From: an uncultured Candidatus Saccharibacteria bacterium
Lineage (GTDB): Bacteria; Patescibacteriota; Minisyncoccia; Phycocordibacterales; UBA918
NCBI GenBank assembly: GCA_964350985.1
Contig: CAYGLK010000001.1
Coordinates: forward strand, 292,528 to 356,527
DNA length: 64,000 nucleotides
Reading direction: 5' to 3'
In this document: in pieces, positions 50,043 through 59,169 of the stretch
Numbering within the stretch: the stretch's first letter is position 1
Layout of the letters: each line of letters begins with the position of its first letter
The notes under the pieces: model-generated
What the model was told of the DNA's origin: nothing
Seen by the model: the letters and a program-made list of their open reading frames with translations, nothing else
Databases searched by the model: none
Translations under genes and position numbers: made by a program

Positions 50043-51779
50043 TTAAACTAAATTCTCAACATCTAGCACTTCTTTTTCAATCCTCTTCTCTGAATCTTGC
50101 AGAGCTTGCTTTAATTCTTCAACCAAAGTTTCTTCTGCTTTTGTCAGTTTCTTTGTTTTCCTAGAATTTACTAACTCGTCCTTCTTCACATCAATCAAGC
50201 TCTGTAGTTTTTTAAATTCTCCAAGCATGACTGTCTCAACTTCTTTTGATTCTTTAGAGACACTTCTTCTAAACTTTCTGAAGTAAGCAATTAAGAAGAA
50301 GGTAGCAATGACTAATAAAACTAGCATTGCTAAGAGCGGAATTAAGACAGAGAGTATATTTATGATAAATGACCCTACTTGTATGTACCCTGGCTCTTGG
50401 ACAGCTATCCTAATAGTATCAGAAATTTCTGATTCAGCACCCGAAGCATCTTTTGCTTTGGCTTTTAGTTCATAAACACCGATAGTAAAAGTGCCTGATG
50501 GTATTAAAGTATATATCCCCTCAGTGTCGGCTACCACATCATAGAATACTGCTTCAGAACCAATTTTTTTAACTTCAATGTTTACTTCAGCTCCAGGTTT
50601 TGTTGTACCTTTAATTACCGGTATTACTTCTTCGTTTATTTCAGATGGATAGTCAGTGAAGACTGGTTTAGCAAAAGAATCTACAGTCAGAGAATAACTA
50701 GCTATTAGACCATTACCAGCCTCATCAATCGCCTCGATTATAATGGCGTAATAGCCAGGAGAGAGATCAGTTAAAACAATTTTTCCAGTCGCTTCCGTAT
50801 CTTCGTACTCATAAGCTTCATCGTTATTAATTTTTATCTTAAACCGTCTTACTTCAGATGATTCATCTTCTACTTTATAAAGTATTGTTTGTTCTGGACT
50901 AGATGAGTCAAATTCTTCGGGTTGAGAGAGTTCAAATAGACTTGGACTTATTGTGTCAACCGCTAACCGATAGTGAGCTACCCTTCCCCATCCGTCTTCA
51001 TTTCTAAATTGTAAGTGAAAGTAAGAGACTCCTTCATCTAGATCATTTAAGGTAATTTCAGTTATTGGAGTCTCGTACACTTTGGTTGGAATAGATGATG
51101 CAGAACTATCTAGCAAAGTCCTGACTCCAGTAATTCCTGCAGGTAGAGTCCAGGTCAGACTAGCATCTTTCTTTTTATACCAAAGTAAAGGATCTGCATG
51201 AGTACCCGAAGAGATGCTTGGCTGTCCAGGTGTATTGGCAGGCGCAACATATTCAACTACTTCTGGCGTCGGGCTAGTAGAAGGCGCTTGAACTGTAAAA
51301 GTTCCTCCGTTCATACCAGAAAGTACATTTGTACCCATGCCATCATTAGCCAAAACTGAACCACCAGTTAAAGACAGTCTAGCTGTAGCTGCAGCTTTTG
51401 TTCTAAAAGTTATATTGAAGATACGTCCAGCGCTTCCGGTGTACCCAGACGGAAGTCCTCCACTGAAGTTAATTGTTCCAGCAGAGTTGGAAAAAGCTGG
51501 TTCAGTAACCCATAAGTTAAAAATTGAATTTGATCTATCAACCGAAACCACTGAAAGTTCGTTAGGATTAAACTTAAGGTTTCCTTCCGCAGCGTTAATA
51601 GGTTTCCCTTGAGTGTTCACCACCACTTGAACAGTAAAAGTTGTTCCAGCTGAATAAACTCCCGTACCTGGTGAAACTGATAGAGTAGCTGCGTCAGCGA
51701 GGAAAGGTGAAATAAACAGTACGATCAGTAGAATTAATTGTGTCAGTTGTGTTTTAAATTTCATACTAATTCTATTCAA
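50043..51779 (-). CDS. cohesin-domain surface protein with Ig-like repeats, C-terminal TM anchor and cytoplasmic coiled-coil tail
   Basis: Signal peptide ...FLADAATL. Cohesin-like N-terminal domain (SVSPGTGVYSAGTTFTVQVVVNTQGKPINAAEGNLKFNPNELSVVSV). TM near aa 470-495. Confidence 0.6.
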   Translation of the reverse strand: MNRISMKFKTQLTQLILLIVLFISPFLADAATLSVSPGTGVYSAGTTFTVQVVVNTQGKPINAAEGNLKFNPNELSVVSVDRSNSIFNLWVTEPAFSNSAGTINFSGGLPSGYTGSAGRIFNITFRTKAAATARLSLTGGSVLANDGMGTNVLSGMNGGTFTVQAPSTSPTPEVVEYVAPANTPGQPSISSGTHADPLLWYKKKDASLTWTLPAGITGVRTLLDSSASSIPTKVYETPITEITLNDLDEGVSYFHLQFRNEDGWGRVAHYRLAVDTISPSLFELSQPEEFDSSSPEQTILYKVEDESSEVRRFKIKINNDEAYEYEDTEATGKIVLTDLSPGYYAIIIEAIDEAGNGLIASYSLTVDSFAKPVFTDYPSEINEEVIPVIKGTTKPGAEVNIEVKKIGSEAVFYDVVADTEGIYTLIPSGTFTIGVYELKAKAKDASGAESEISDTIRIAVQEPGYIQVGSFIINILSVLIPLLAMLVLLVIATFFLIAYFRKFRRSVSKESKEVETVMLGEFKKLQSLIDVKKDELVNSRKTKKLTKAEETLVEELKQALQDSEKRIEKEVLDVENLV

Positions 51780-52839
51780 TTATTTCTTCATCATCTTCAG
51801 TTTCGTTTTCTCCTGTATCCTCGTTTTCAAATTCACTTTTTCTTTTTCTTTTCTTTCGCCAATACCAGACTGATAATAGAATTATAAGGACTAGAATAAC
51901 TCCAAGAGCACCGAAGAAGATATAAGTATAAAGCTCATTTTTAGAAAGAGTTTGTTTAGATTCTTCTGGTACATATGTCGCTACGTATTCGTTTCCTGCT
52001 TTATCAATTGCTCTAACTCTAATAATACTGTTCAGAGTTTGATCTTTTAATACATAAGGACTTTCAGCTTTTATCCAAGGTACTCCTACTCCGCCCCAGT
52101 TAAACTGATTGAACTCGAGTACCGGCTCTTCCATCACTTCATAGTGACTAATACCTGTTTGTTTATCACTTGTAGAAAAAACGATAAAACTCTTGCCGCT
52201 AAAATAAATTCCTTCTTCATCTTTGACTAGCTCCAAGCTAAAACTTTCTGGAGGAATATTGTCTTCACTCACAGCTTCTCTCCAATCATCAACAATGCCT
52301 CCTCCAGCGTCTCTATCAAGGGTAAATTTACCACCAAGAGTTCGAAGTGGGGCTTCTGTTCCTTGGCCATCATTAAGCAGGGCCATTGTTTCTGGAGCAA
52401 AATCTACCCTAGCCTCTGTTTCGTTAGAGCCACCAACCTGCATCCCAGGTGATCTAAAAATAATCTCGGCCACAACGTTGGTTAGTCTCGGATCTCCTTC
52501 TACACGACCACAGTAACCGTTTGGAATACCACCCGCAAAGGTAATTGTTCTTTCTTCCTTATTAATAGTTGGCGGTTCAATCCAAACACTAAAAATTGAT
52601 TTACCAATTGACACATCAACCGGTTGAATATTTTCTGTATAGGTAACAGTAGCGTCGATAGTATTAATACATTCACCAGCTTCTTGATCAGGCATTAACC
52701 TAACAGCTGTTGTGATTGCGTCGCCTCTTTTTAAAACGCCAACACCAGGGTCAATATACAAAGTTGCAGCCTGAGTCGTAGATGCAACAAAAAACAAACC
52801 TAAAATAAACAAAGACGAGCTCTTAAACATATTAAACAT
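51772..52839 (-). CDS. cohesin-domain surface protein with C-terminal TM anchor and acidic tail
   Basis: Signal peptide ...TTQAATL. Cohesin-like domain (YIDPGVGVLKRGDAITTAVRLMPDQ...IDATVTYTENIQPVDVSIG). TM (FFGALGVILVLIILLSVWYW). Paralogous to 50043-51779. Confidence 0.6.
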   Translation of the reverse strand: MFNMFKSSSLFILGLFFVASTTQAATLYIDPGVGVLKRGDAITTAVRLMPDQEAGECINTIDATVTYTENIQPVDVSIGKSIFSVWIEPPTINKEERTITFAGGIPNGYCGRVEGDPRLTNVVAEIIFRSPGMQVGGSNETEARVDFAPETMALLNDGQGTEAPLRTLGGKFTLDRDAGGGIVDDWREAVSEDNIPPESFSLELVKDEEGIYFSGKSFIVFSTSDKQTGISHYEVMEEPVLEFNQFNWGGVGVPWIKAESPYVLKDQTLNSIIRVRAIDKAGNEYVATYVPEESKQTLSKNELYTYIFFGALGVILVLIILLSVWYWRKKRKRKSEFENEDTGENETEDDEEIIE

Positions 52840-52952
52840 TGTAACAAGAAAGCCGAACTTAGATCCGCGCTGTACACAGAAAACAAAAAACCCGTCTCGT
52901 GGTGGGAGATAGGGTTTCTTGCGTTAACTCCAAGCTTGGAGCCAATATTACT

Positions 52953-54107
52953 TTAGAATACTGGCGTTGCTACATATGTCAGTGTAGCTGTGTAGTCGTC
53001 ACCGGCTTCTTGCAAAGCGGTTATTTCAATAGTATACCCGACTCGAGTAGTACCAATTCCTTGTGTAGTTCCATCTACTGGACCATTGTGTCTAAATACT
53101 TCAACCGGAGTTGTAGATGCAGACACGTACAAACGTCCTGATCCCAGAACATCATACAAATCTGTAAGAGATGGTGAGATCGTAGCGTCGTTTGTAGTAA
53201 TACCCCAGTGACCGTAAGTATCTTCATCCCCCAATACTACAACTGGTCCGTCCCATAATGTAGGAGTGGTGGTGTAGCTACCTTCGACGAAACCGTCAAT
53301 ATCAGCACCTGTTGCTGAAGTAAGTTGTTGATCAGTGATTACAGTAACCACAAATCCATTTGATGCATTTGTACTTACTTGTAGGTCTTGAGCAGCAGTC
53401 TTAGCGTTTCCGTCTGACAGAATACCGAAAGGTATTTCTGTGGTTGTAGATGTACTAGTAACTGTATCTCCATTTACTGTGAGGTCTGCATCCACACCAA
53501 GAACGGTGAAATCGAACACAGTCTCAACAGAAGCAGAAACAGTAACAACATCTAGAATTACTACTCGAGTGGCACCAGTATCAACTGAAGCCCCTAGTGT
53601 CAAAAGAATCTCGTAAGAGTCAGCTGACGGGTTAGTGATCTGGTTTGTACCTGCTCCACCTGCTGTGGCGTTGGTACCAATCTCGATAGTAACTGTAGCA
53701 CCTGCGCCGATAGTATCTGTACCACTAGTGATGTCGATAACTGTACCGGCGGCAGTTACGTTCCAATCTCCCGCACTGGCAGCGCCATCAATCAAATCTT
53801 CATCAACACCATTAACCGCAAGGTCAAGGTCTTGAGCAACTAGACTGTCGATACCGGCAAAACTAGTTGTTCCGAATTCAATTGATATTGTCTCTCCAGC
53901 GGCTAAGCCTGATGGAGTGACAAATGAAAGAGTGTGGTTAGACTCTTCCAAAGGTTCTGAGGTTGAGAGAGTGTTACTAAAGGAGGTGACATTCGCAGCT
54001 TCCGCATTTGGGAATAAAGGTACTCCTACTGTCCATAAAATGGTAGCGAGAGTAACAACTGCAGCGATTGCTTGGAGCAACTTGAACGTTGTATTCGTTC
54101 TAATCAT
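52953..54107 (-). CDS. secreted surface protein with divergent WxL-like C-terminal domain
   Basis: N-terminal TM or signal. Thr/Gly/Ala-rich. C-terminal ...LQVSTNASNGFVVTV...TYGHWGI...AGDDYTATLTYVATPVF shares its signature with the C-termini of 40622-46792, 57208-59073 and 63515->64000. Confidence 0.55.
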   Translation of the reverse strand: MIRTNTTFKLLQAIAAVVTLATILWTVGVPLFPNAEAANVTSFSNTLSTSEPLEESNHTLSFVTPSGLAAGETISIEFGTTSFAGIDSLVAQDLDLAVNGVDEDLIDGAASAGDWNVTAAGTVIDITSGTDTIGAGATVTIEIGTNATAGGAGTNQITNPSADSYEILLTLGASVDTGATRVVILDVVTVSASVETVFDFTVLGVDADLTVNGDTVTSTSTTTEIPFGILSDGNAKTAAQDLQVSTNASNGFVVTVITDQQLTSATGADIDGFVEGSYTTTPTLWDGPVVVLGDEDTYGHWGITTNDATISPSLTDLYDVLGSGRLYVSASTTPVEVFRHNGPVDGTTQGIGTTRVGYTIEITALQEAGDDYTATLTYVATPVF

Positions 54108-54467
54108 GTTGCTCTACGTTGTATTAGTTTTTCAGCTTAGATATACGTCGCGACCGAAAACTAAATGAGCAGATACTCATGCAGGAACAGGTCTCCACTC
54201 CTGTTTCCCTATATGTGCGCTCAAAAACATACCTACTTTGAAACACTCGGCTGAAGTGATCAAATACAGCTACGCCGTATTTGCAGTAAGACTAATTTCT
54301 TACCCCCAAAATAAGTACCTCTTCATTGTAACTTTAATTATTTTTTAGTCGGTTACTTTATACACATTATTTAGTACTTCTGAGCCAGAAAAGTAGTCGA
54401 TTTCTCAAAATAATAATTGCATTGAGATTTTAAAACTATTAATCACTTTTTGAGAGGTCAATAATAC

Positions 54468-54640
54468 TTTATCTATCCTCAGTGATAGATAAAGTGCTGT
54501 AAAGTTTTGCAGAAGATTAGACATTCTCCACTTCATATTTATAGATGATATAAAAAATTCAGATCGTATCATGTATGATACGATCTGAATTTTTTATCTA
54601 TCTATCATTGAAGATAGATAGATAGATAGATAGATATTTT
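54468..54640. promoter_or_regulatory. palindromic operator-like motifs plus a 44-bp perfect palindrome (bidirectional terminator-like) and a (GATA)6 microsatellite
   Basis: TTTATCTATCCTCAGTGATAGATAAAG (54468-54494). AAAAAATTCAGATCGTATCATGTATGATACGATCTGAATTTTTT (54552-54595), whose core is identical to 22527-22546. ATCTATCTATC...(GATA)6 at 54596-54636. Confidence 0.65.
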
Positions 54641-54700
54641 CTTATCTCTAAGTTCCAAAGAAAACAAAACCTTTCACTCGACTAAAAGGTTTTGTTTAGT

Positions 54701-55078
54701 GTAGCGACTACTACGAATTTAGTTCCGGATTCGACCTACCCCAGGGAGAATCCCTGGAACTCGCAGTATAAAAGCTTCGTAAAAACAGTATTCTCTATCC
54801 GGTCCAGTTTAAATGAGTAAATGTCCGTAAGGTCATATTACGAATTTAGCTCCCGATTTTTTCTCCGCCAGAGAAAATCGCTGGAGCTCAAAGTCCAACG
54901 CTAAACAAAGTCAGACGAAGTTACCCCGTCCAATTTAAATGAGTAGACGAGCGTAGCGACTACTACGAATTTAGTTCCCAATTTGTCCCTCCCTAGGGCA
55001 AATTGCTGGAACTCGAAAACCAAAGCTAAGTAAAATCTTTCAAAATTACCCGGTCCAATTAAAAAGTAAGATAGAAAA
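54701..55078 (+). repeat. three tandem 126-bp units of a structured repeat family (AGTTCC-variable hairpin-GGAACTCG core)
   Basis: Units start at 54701, 54827 and 54953, each beginning GTAGCGACTACTACGAATTTAGTTCC. The inner stems differ between copies but stay complementary (GGATTC/GAATCC, CGATTTTTTCTC/GAGAAAATCG, CAATTTG/CAAATTG). The loop carries CC(C)TAGG(G). Confidence 0.75.
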
Positions 55079-56206
55079 ATCCTCAATCCCCACTCTTGCG
55101 TTTCCATTTATATCAGCTGGAGGATTTGAATTACCACCGTTAGTTCCCCACCAAAAAATCAAAATTGAGAAGTCGACTAAGTTTACTTTTCCGTCCCGGT
55201 TAAGGTCAGAGGGTCTAGTTACTTGCCCATCCACACCCACAAAAAGCTGTAGCGCTGAGCTAAAGCTACTTTGCGTAGTTAAAGGTGGATTGCCAGTTAC
55301 GGAACGAGCTCTTAGTGTATGTTCAGCAACGCGTAGTGATCCTGTATTTAATGAAATAGACCAAGCACCACTACTACTAGAAGTTGCTCTTTCAATTCTT
55401 TCACTGTTATTTACATGGAGTTCAATTCTGGCATTTGGTACAGACTGACCACTTACAGTAACCACGTCACCTGGATTTACATTTTGGTTAGCTACCCTAA
55501 CTGTCGGCGGGAGAATAATTCCAGATATGTTTGTCACTGCTCCTTGAGTAACATCAAAAGTTGTATTTAAAGTAATTGATCTTACATTCTGTGAGTCAGT
55601 TGACCAAAAACCTAAGGATGAAGTTCCTGGCGAAGCATCAGTTGTAAAATCAAAACGACCATCTGTCCCTACTCTTACTGTACCAACAGTTACTGTATCT
55701 CTGAGAATATTTAAAGTTCTTCCAGGATAAGCAAGACCGGTAACATTTATGACGGTGTCTCCAAGCTGGGTATTACTTCCTCCTCCTCCACTACTTCCAC
55801 CACCACTACTTCCACCTCCTCCTGAACCAGCTGGTTCAATCTTACAGATAGCTGAGCAAAAATCTCCATTATTATTATTTCCATCGTCACACTCTTCTGT
55901 AAACTGAGTCTGTAAAATACCATCTCCGCAATACGGACCAAAAAAACATGTCGGACTACATTGTCGACCAGTTATTGTCGTACTATAAACACCAGTCTCT
56001 CCAGGAACATCACATTGTTCTCCGGCGTCTACCAAAGCGTTACCACAGATACTTAAGGTTAGTGTTGTTGTAGCAACACCCTCAGTAGCTGCGCTTCCTA
56101 TATTTACTTGTAAAAAAAGGCTTGGAAGTAATATTGCGATTAACAGTAAGTAATATCGCATAGGCTTACTCTGACTTAGGACGATTTTGTCGTCGATTGT
56201 AAACAA
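55046..56206 (-). CDS. secreted protein with Myxococcus-type Cys-rich repeats, Gly/Ser linker, Ig-like region and C-terminal dockerin domain
   Basis: CGNALVDAGEQCD...CGDGILQTQFTEECDDGNNNNGDFCSAIC matches the CxxC/CDDGN repeat. GGGSSGGGSSGGGGS linker. C-terminal DLNRDGKVNLVDFSILIF...DINGNARVGIEDFSILL gives two dockerin Ca-loops. Confidence 0.65.
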   Translation of the reverse strand: MFTIDDKIVLSQSKPMRYYLLLIAILLPSLFLQVNIGSAATEGVATTTLTLSICGNALVDAGEQCDVPGETGVYSTTITGRQCSPTCFFGPYCGDGILQTQFTEECDDGNNNNGDFCSAICKIEPAGSGGGGSSGGGSSGGGGSNTQLGDTVINVTGLAYPGRTLNILRDTVTVGTVRVGTDGRFDFTTDASPGTSSLGFWSTDSQNVRSITLNTTFDVTQGAVTNISGIILPPTVRVANQNVNPGDVVTVSGQSVPNARIELHVNNSERIERATSSSSGAWSISLNTGSLRVAEHTLRARSVTGNPPLTTQSSFSSALQLFVGVDGQVTRPSDLNRDGKVNLVDFSILIFWWGTNGGNSNPPADINGNARVGIEDFSILLFNWTG

Positions 56207-57095
56207 AGTAAAGAATCAAAATAATAAGTGAGAATATTGGTAACAGTACAGATATCTTATGAGGGATAGACAACCCACTAAAACCAAAACCAGCTGCCTG
56301 CAGTGTGCCGTACGGTAAAATACTCAAGCTAATCTCACCCTCTTGTTTAACTTCATCTGAGTTATAAATTTTATAACGCGCGATATAGTTACCAGTCGGC
56401 AATCTTGTCGGTAAGTAAGCAAAAATTTCTTCGGTTGCGTACGGCTCGATTTTTTCAACAGAACCTTTATTTCTCGTTTCTTCAAGAAGAACGTTGCCAG
56501 CAAAATCGAATATTCTAAACTCAACTTTTGAAGGAGAGATATCTACGTTACCAGTATTTTCAATCAACATTGAAAAATTAATCTTTCCTGGGAAATATAA
56601 CCAACCGAATTTATGACCTTCATTTAAATCTGAGAGACCAATCTTTCTAACTCTAAAGTCTTCAATCTCTCTATCAATAACTGTTAGGTTAATATCAACT
56701 TGAGCTCCCAAAGAGATACTAACAGCTCCAGCTGAAACCTGGTCGTCATCTGGAACAGTCTTAATACGGATCACTCCACCGTAATCTTTAAAATCAACAT
56801 CCTTAGGAACCTTCACTCTTACTGTCATAGGGACCTTCTGCTGGCCTCTAGGCAGCGGTATAGAGGTTCCTTCGACGATCTCTATCCAACTGGCTATCTC
56901 AGGAGCATCGACTGTTACAAGCGCTTTTTGGGGCACGTCAGGGTTTCCACGAACAAGTAGAATTTGTTGTTCGTAAGTAGAATTTTTAGTAAGGCTAGTA
57001 TTACGAACGTATGGCGGTGTTATACCAAAGCCAGCCTGCGCAATTTCTGCAGACAAAACAAACAACAAAAGACAAATGCAAATGACCTTGTTCAT
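56166..57095 (-). CDS. membrane-anchored surface protein (DUF916/DUF3324-like), paralog of 39594-40619
   Basis: Signal peptide ...AEIAQAGF. Two beta-sandwich-like halves. C-terminal TM (LLPIFSLIILILYFVY) followed by NRRQNRPK. Start moved to internal Met MNKVICI... Confidence 0.5.
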   Translation of the reverse strand: MNKVICICLLLFVLSAEIAQAGFGITPPYVRNTSLTKNSTYEQQILLVRGNPDVPQKALVTVDAPEIASWIEIVEGTSIPLPRGQQKVPMTVRVKVPKDVDFKDYGGVIRIKTVPDDDQVSAGAVSISLGAQVDINLTVIDREIEDFRVRKIGLSDLNEGHKFGWLYFPGKINFSMLIENTGNVDISPSKVEFRIFDFAGNVLLEETRNKGSVEKIEPYATEEIFAYLPTRLPTGNYIARYKIYNSDEVKQEGEISLSILPYGTLQAAGFGFSGLSIPHKISVLLPIFSLIILILYFVYNRRQNRPKSE

Positions 57096-57207
57096 ATAAT
57101 AACTACCGCTAGTTTTCGACACTTATCAATTATCGAAAAAAAATCAATAAAAAGCAACAACCACTGTCTGGATAACAGTGGTTGTTGCTTTAAAACTTTT
57201 AGTTATT

Positions 57208-59073
57208 TTAGTACCAAGTACTCGACGCTGCGGTCACTGCGTAGAAAGTGTTCAGTCCTGTGTATGCTCCAGCGAGAGTGATTGCTCCCGGAACTGCAAT
57301 ACCCCAGTAAGTTACTCCTTGAGTGTAAGTCACTGTAGAAGTAGACTTCGGTACTCTTAGTTCCAGAAGTTGCGGAGTTGATGAAGACAGAGCTTGACCA
57401 CTTCCGTAACTAACTGAGCTAGTTGCAAACTGTTGACTAAAGTCAGGGATTGTAGAGGTCGCTGAACTTTCACAATCGTTCCCAACTGAGAAAGTAGGAC
57501 ACATTGCTTCCCCTTCAACGTTTTGGTTTAGTCCAGTGTTACCGACTGATTCAATTGTAGTTGTTGCTGTAAGTGAACCTGAGTCTTGTCCTGGCTCTAG
57601 AGCTCCATAAGGAATCTCTGCTGTTACCAAATCAATGGCTGGGAAACTGAATAGTGTCACTGGGTTTGAACTTGTAGAAATTGTACCAGTTGCATTGTTA
57701 TCGTCTACTCCAGCAATTCCTGCAGTCCATGAATCATTGTTGAAGAAAGCAGTTGCATCTGTAGGGTCAGCAACGAACCATAGTGGGAAGGTACATGACC
57801 ACTCTAGGGTTGGGTCAGTTGTACCAGTACAGCTAGTAGATGATGCTGTACAAACCAGGTTCCAAGTTGTTGTTGCTACTCCACTTGGGTAACAGTTGTT
57901 TGGGTTGTAAGCACCAGCTAAACCATTACATGTAGATGTGCCGACTCCACTTCTAAGTACTGATGCTGAGTATCCTGTAATCTCGCTACCGGCTGAAGCG
58001 TTCTCACAACTGTTCGCGTCTGAAACTGTAAAGTCGAGAGTGAATCCAGTAGTTTCTCCAGCTGGTACTGAAAGTGAAATATCTAATCCTCCATTTATAG
58101 ATATTGATGCCGGACCAACTGTTGGAGCTACGTTATTTACTGTGTAACCAATGTCAGTTCCTTGGAATCCACCAGAAGCTGCGTGATTGTATTCATCTAC
58201 TATAAATACGTAGGCAAAGTAGATATCGTCTGGAATAACTGATGGGAGAGTAAATGTTGCTCCAGCGTTTGACGTGACTGAGCCAGTAGTACTTGCTAGA
58301 ACTCCACTTGGACAATCTCTGGTTGTTGGGTTGAAGTCGTTTCCAACACAAACATAAAGGAAGATATCATCTGGACCTCTAACTGTGTTTGGGTCAGCAG
58401 ATACTGAAGTGAAGTTTAGAACTGCACCTGGGTCCACTGGAGACGTGCTCGTAGCTGACGTTAGAGTTGGTCTAAAGTTAACATGGAAAGGAGATGAGTT
58501 TGTTGCATTTAGTCCCTGAGAAGAAGTGTTGTTACATCGAGGGTTAACAGGGTCATCGTCACAGACCCATCCGTACCACTCTAAAACTTCCCCACTAAAG
58601 TCTCCGACTTCAGTAGTTGTTGTAGAAACAATTGCTTGAGCTAGAGCTGCTGTCGCAGTTGAAACTCCCCATTGCACACCACCAACACAAGAAGGCGGCG
58701 CAGTTCCCAGTACCAAGAGAGACGCTGCAGCAGCTGGGGTTGGAGTTGCACTTCCACTACAGATAATCATAAAGTATGGAGCATCTCCAGAGTTGTCTGC
58801 TCTTCCTACCCAAGAAACGTTTGATCCTGAGTTGGTTGGAGTACCAGACGATGACTCAAATTGCTCAACTGCGAAATCAATCCACTGTGGAGGAGTGTTC
58901 AAAACAGTGATGGTTGTAGTAGCAGTCTGTGCTTCTACTTTAAGTAGTTCGGTTTTACCTACATTAAAAATGAAAGCAAAAACAAACACTAAAACACCTG
59001 ATAAAACTGCAGCGATGGTAATCTTCCCTGCAGTTTGGATATAATTTTTTTTCTCTACTAAATTGTACAACAT
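57208..59073 (-). CDS. secreted Thr/Ser/Cys-rich surface protein with divergent WxL-like C-terminal domain
   Basis: N-terminal TM. C-terminal ...FSFPAIDLVTAEIPYGAL...ESVGNTGLNQNVEGE...VTYWGIAVPGAITLAGAYTGLNTFYAVTAASSTWY. Confidence 0.55.
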   Translation of the reverse strand: MLYNLVEKKNYIQTAGKITIAAVLSGVLVFVFAFIFNVGKTELLKVEAQTATTTITVLNTPPQWIDFAVEQFESSSGTPTNSGSNVSWVGRADNSGDAPYFMIICSGSATPTPAAAASLLVLGTAPPSCVGGVQWGVSTATAALAQAIVSTTTTEVGDFSGEVLEWYGWVCDDDPVNPRCNNTSSQGLNATNSSPFHVNFRPTLTSATSTSPVDPGAVLNFTSVSADPNTVRGPDDIFLYVCVGNDFNPTTRDCPSGVLASTTGSVTSNAGATFTLPSVIPDDIYFAYVFIVDEYNHAASGGFQGTDIGYTVNNVAPTVGPASISINGGLDISLSVPAGETTGFTLDFTVSDANSCENASAGSEITGYSASVLRSGVGTSTCNGLAGAYNPNNCYPSGVATTTWNLVCTASSTSCTGTTDPTLEWSCTFPLWFVADPTDATAFFNNDSWTAGIAGVDDNNATGTISTSSNPVTLFSFPAIDLVTAEIPYGALEPGQDSGSLTATTTIESVGNTGLNQNVEGEAMCPTFSVGNDCESSATSTIPDFSQQFATSSVSYGSGQALSSSTPQLLELRVPKSTSTVTYTQGVTYWGIAVPGAITLAGAYTGLNTFYAVTAASSTWY

Positions 59074-59169
59074 AATAATGAGCTATTTTTAATATTTTTT
59101 ACTTCATCTACTATTGTATCTAATTATGCATCTACTTATGCACCAGTTATACACATTCTTGTTAACAGT

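Noticed and set aside
52953-54107. Type IV pilin, or TasA/camelysin-like identity, for the 384-aa surface protein
   Set aside because: It has no class III signal (G/FTLIE) or prepilin peptidase site and no SipW-type signal. The C-terminal motif set instead matches the WxL-like group in this locus.
54701-55078. Possible CRISPR array (regularly spaced repeats in an intergenic region)
   Set aside because: The units are 126 bp with a long conserved leader and variable palindromic interior, not short identical repeats separated by unique spacers. There are no cas genes in the window, and the same element occurs as isolated, inverted copies at 60396-60590.
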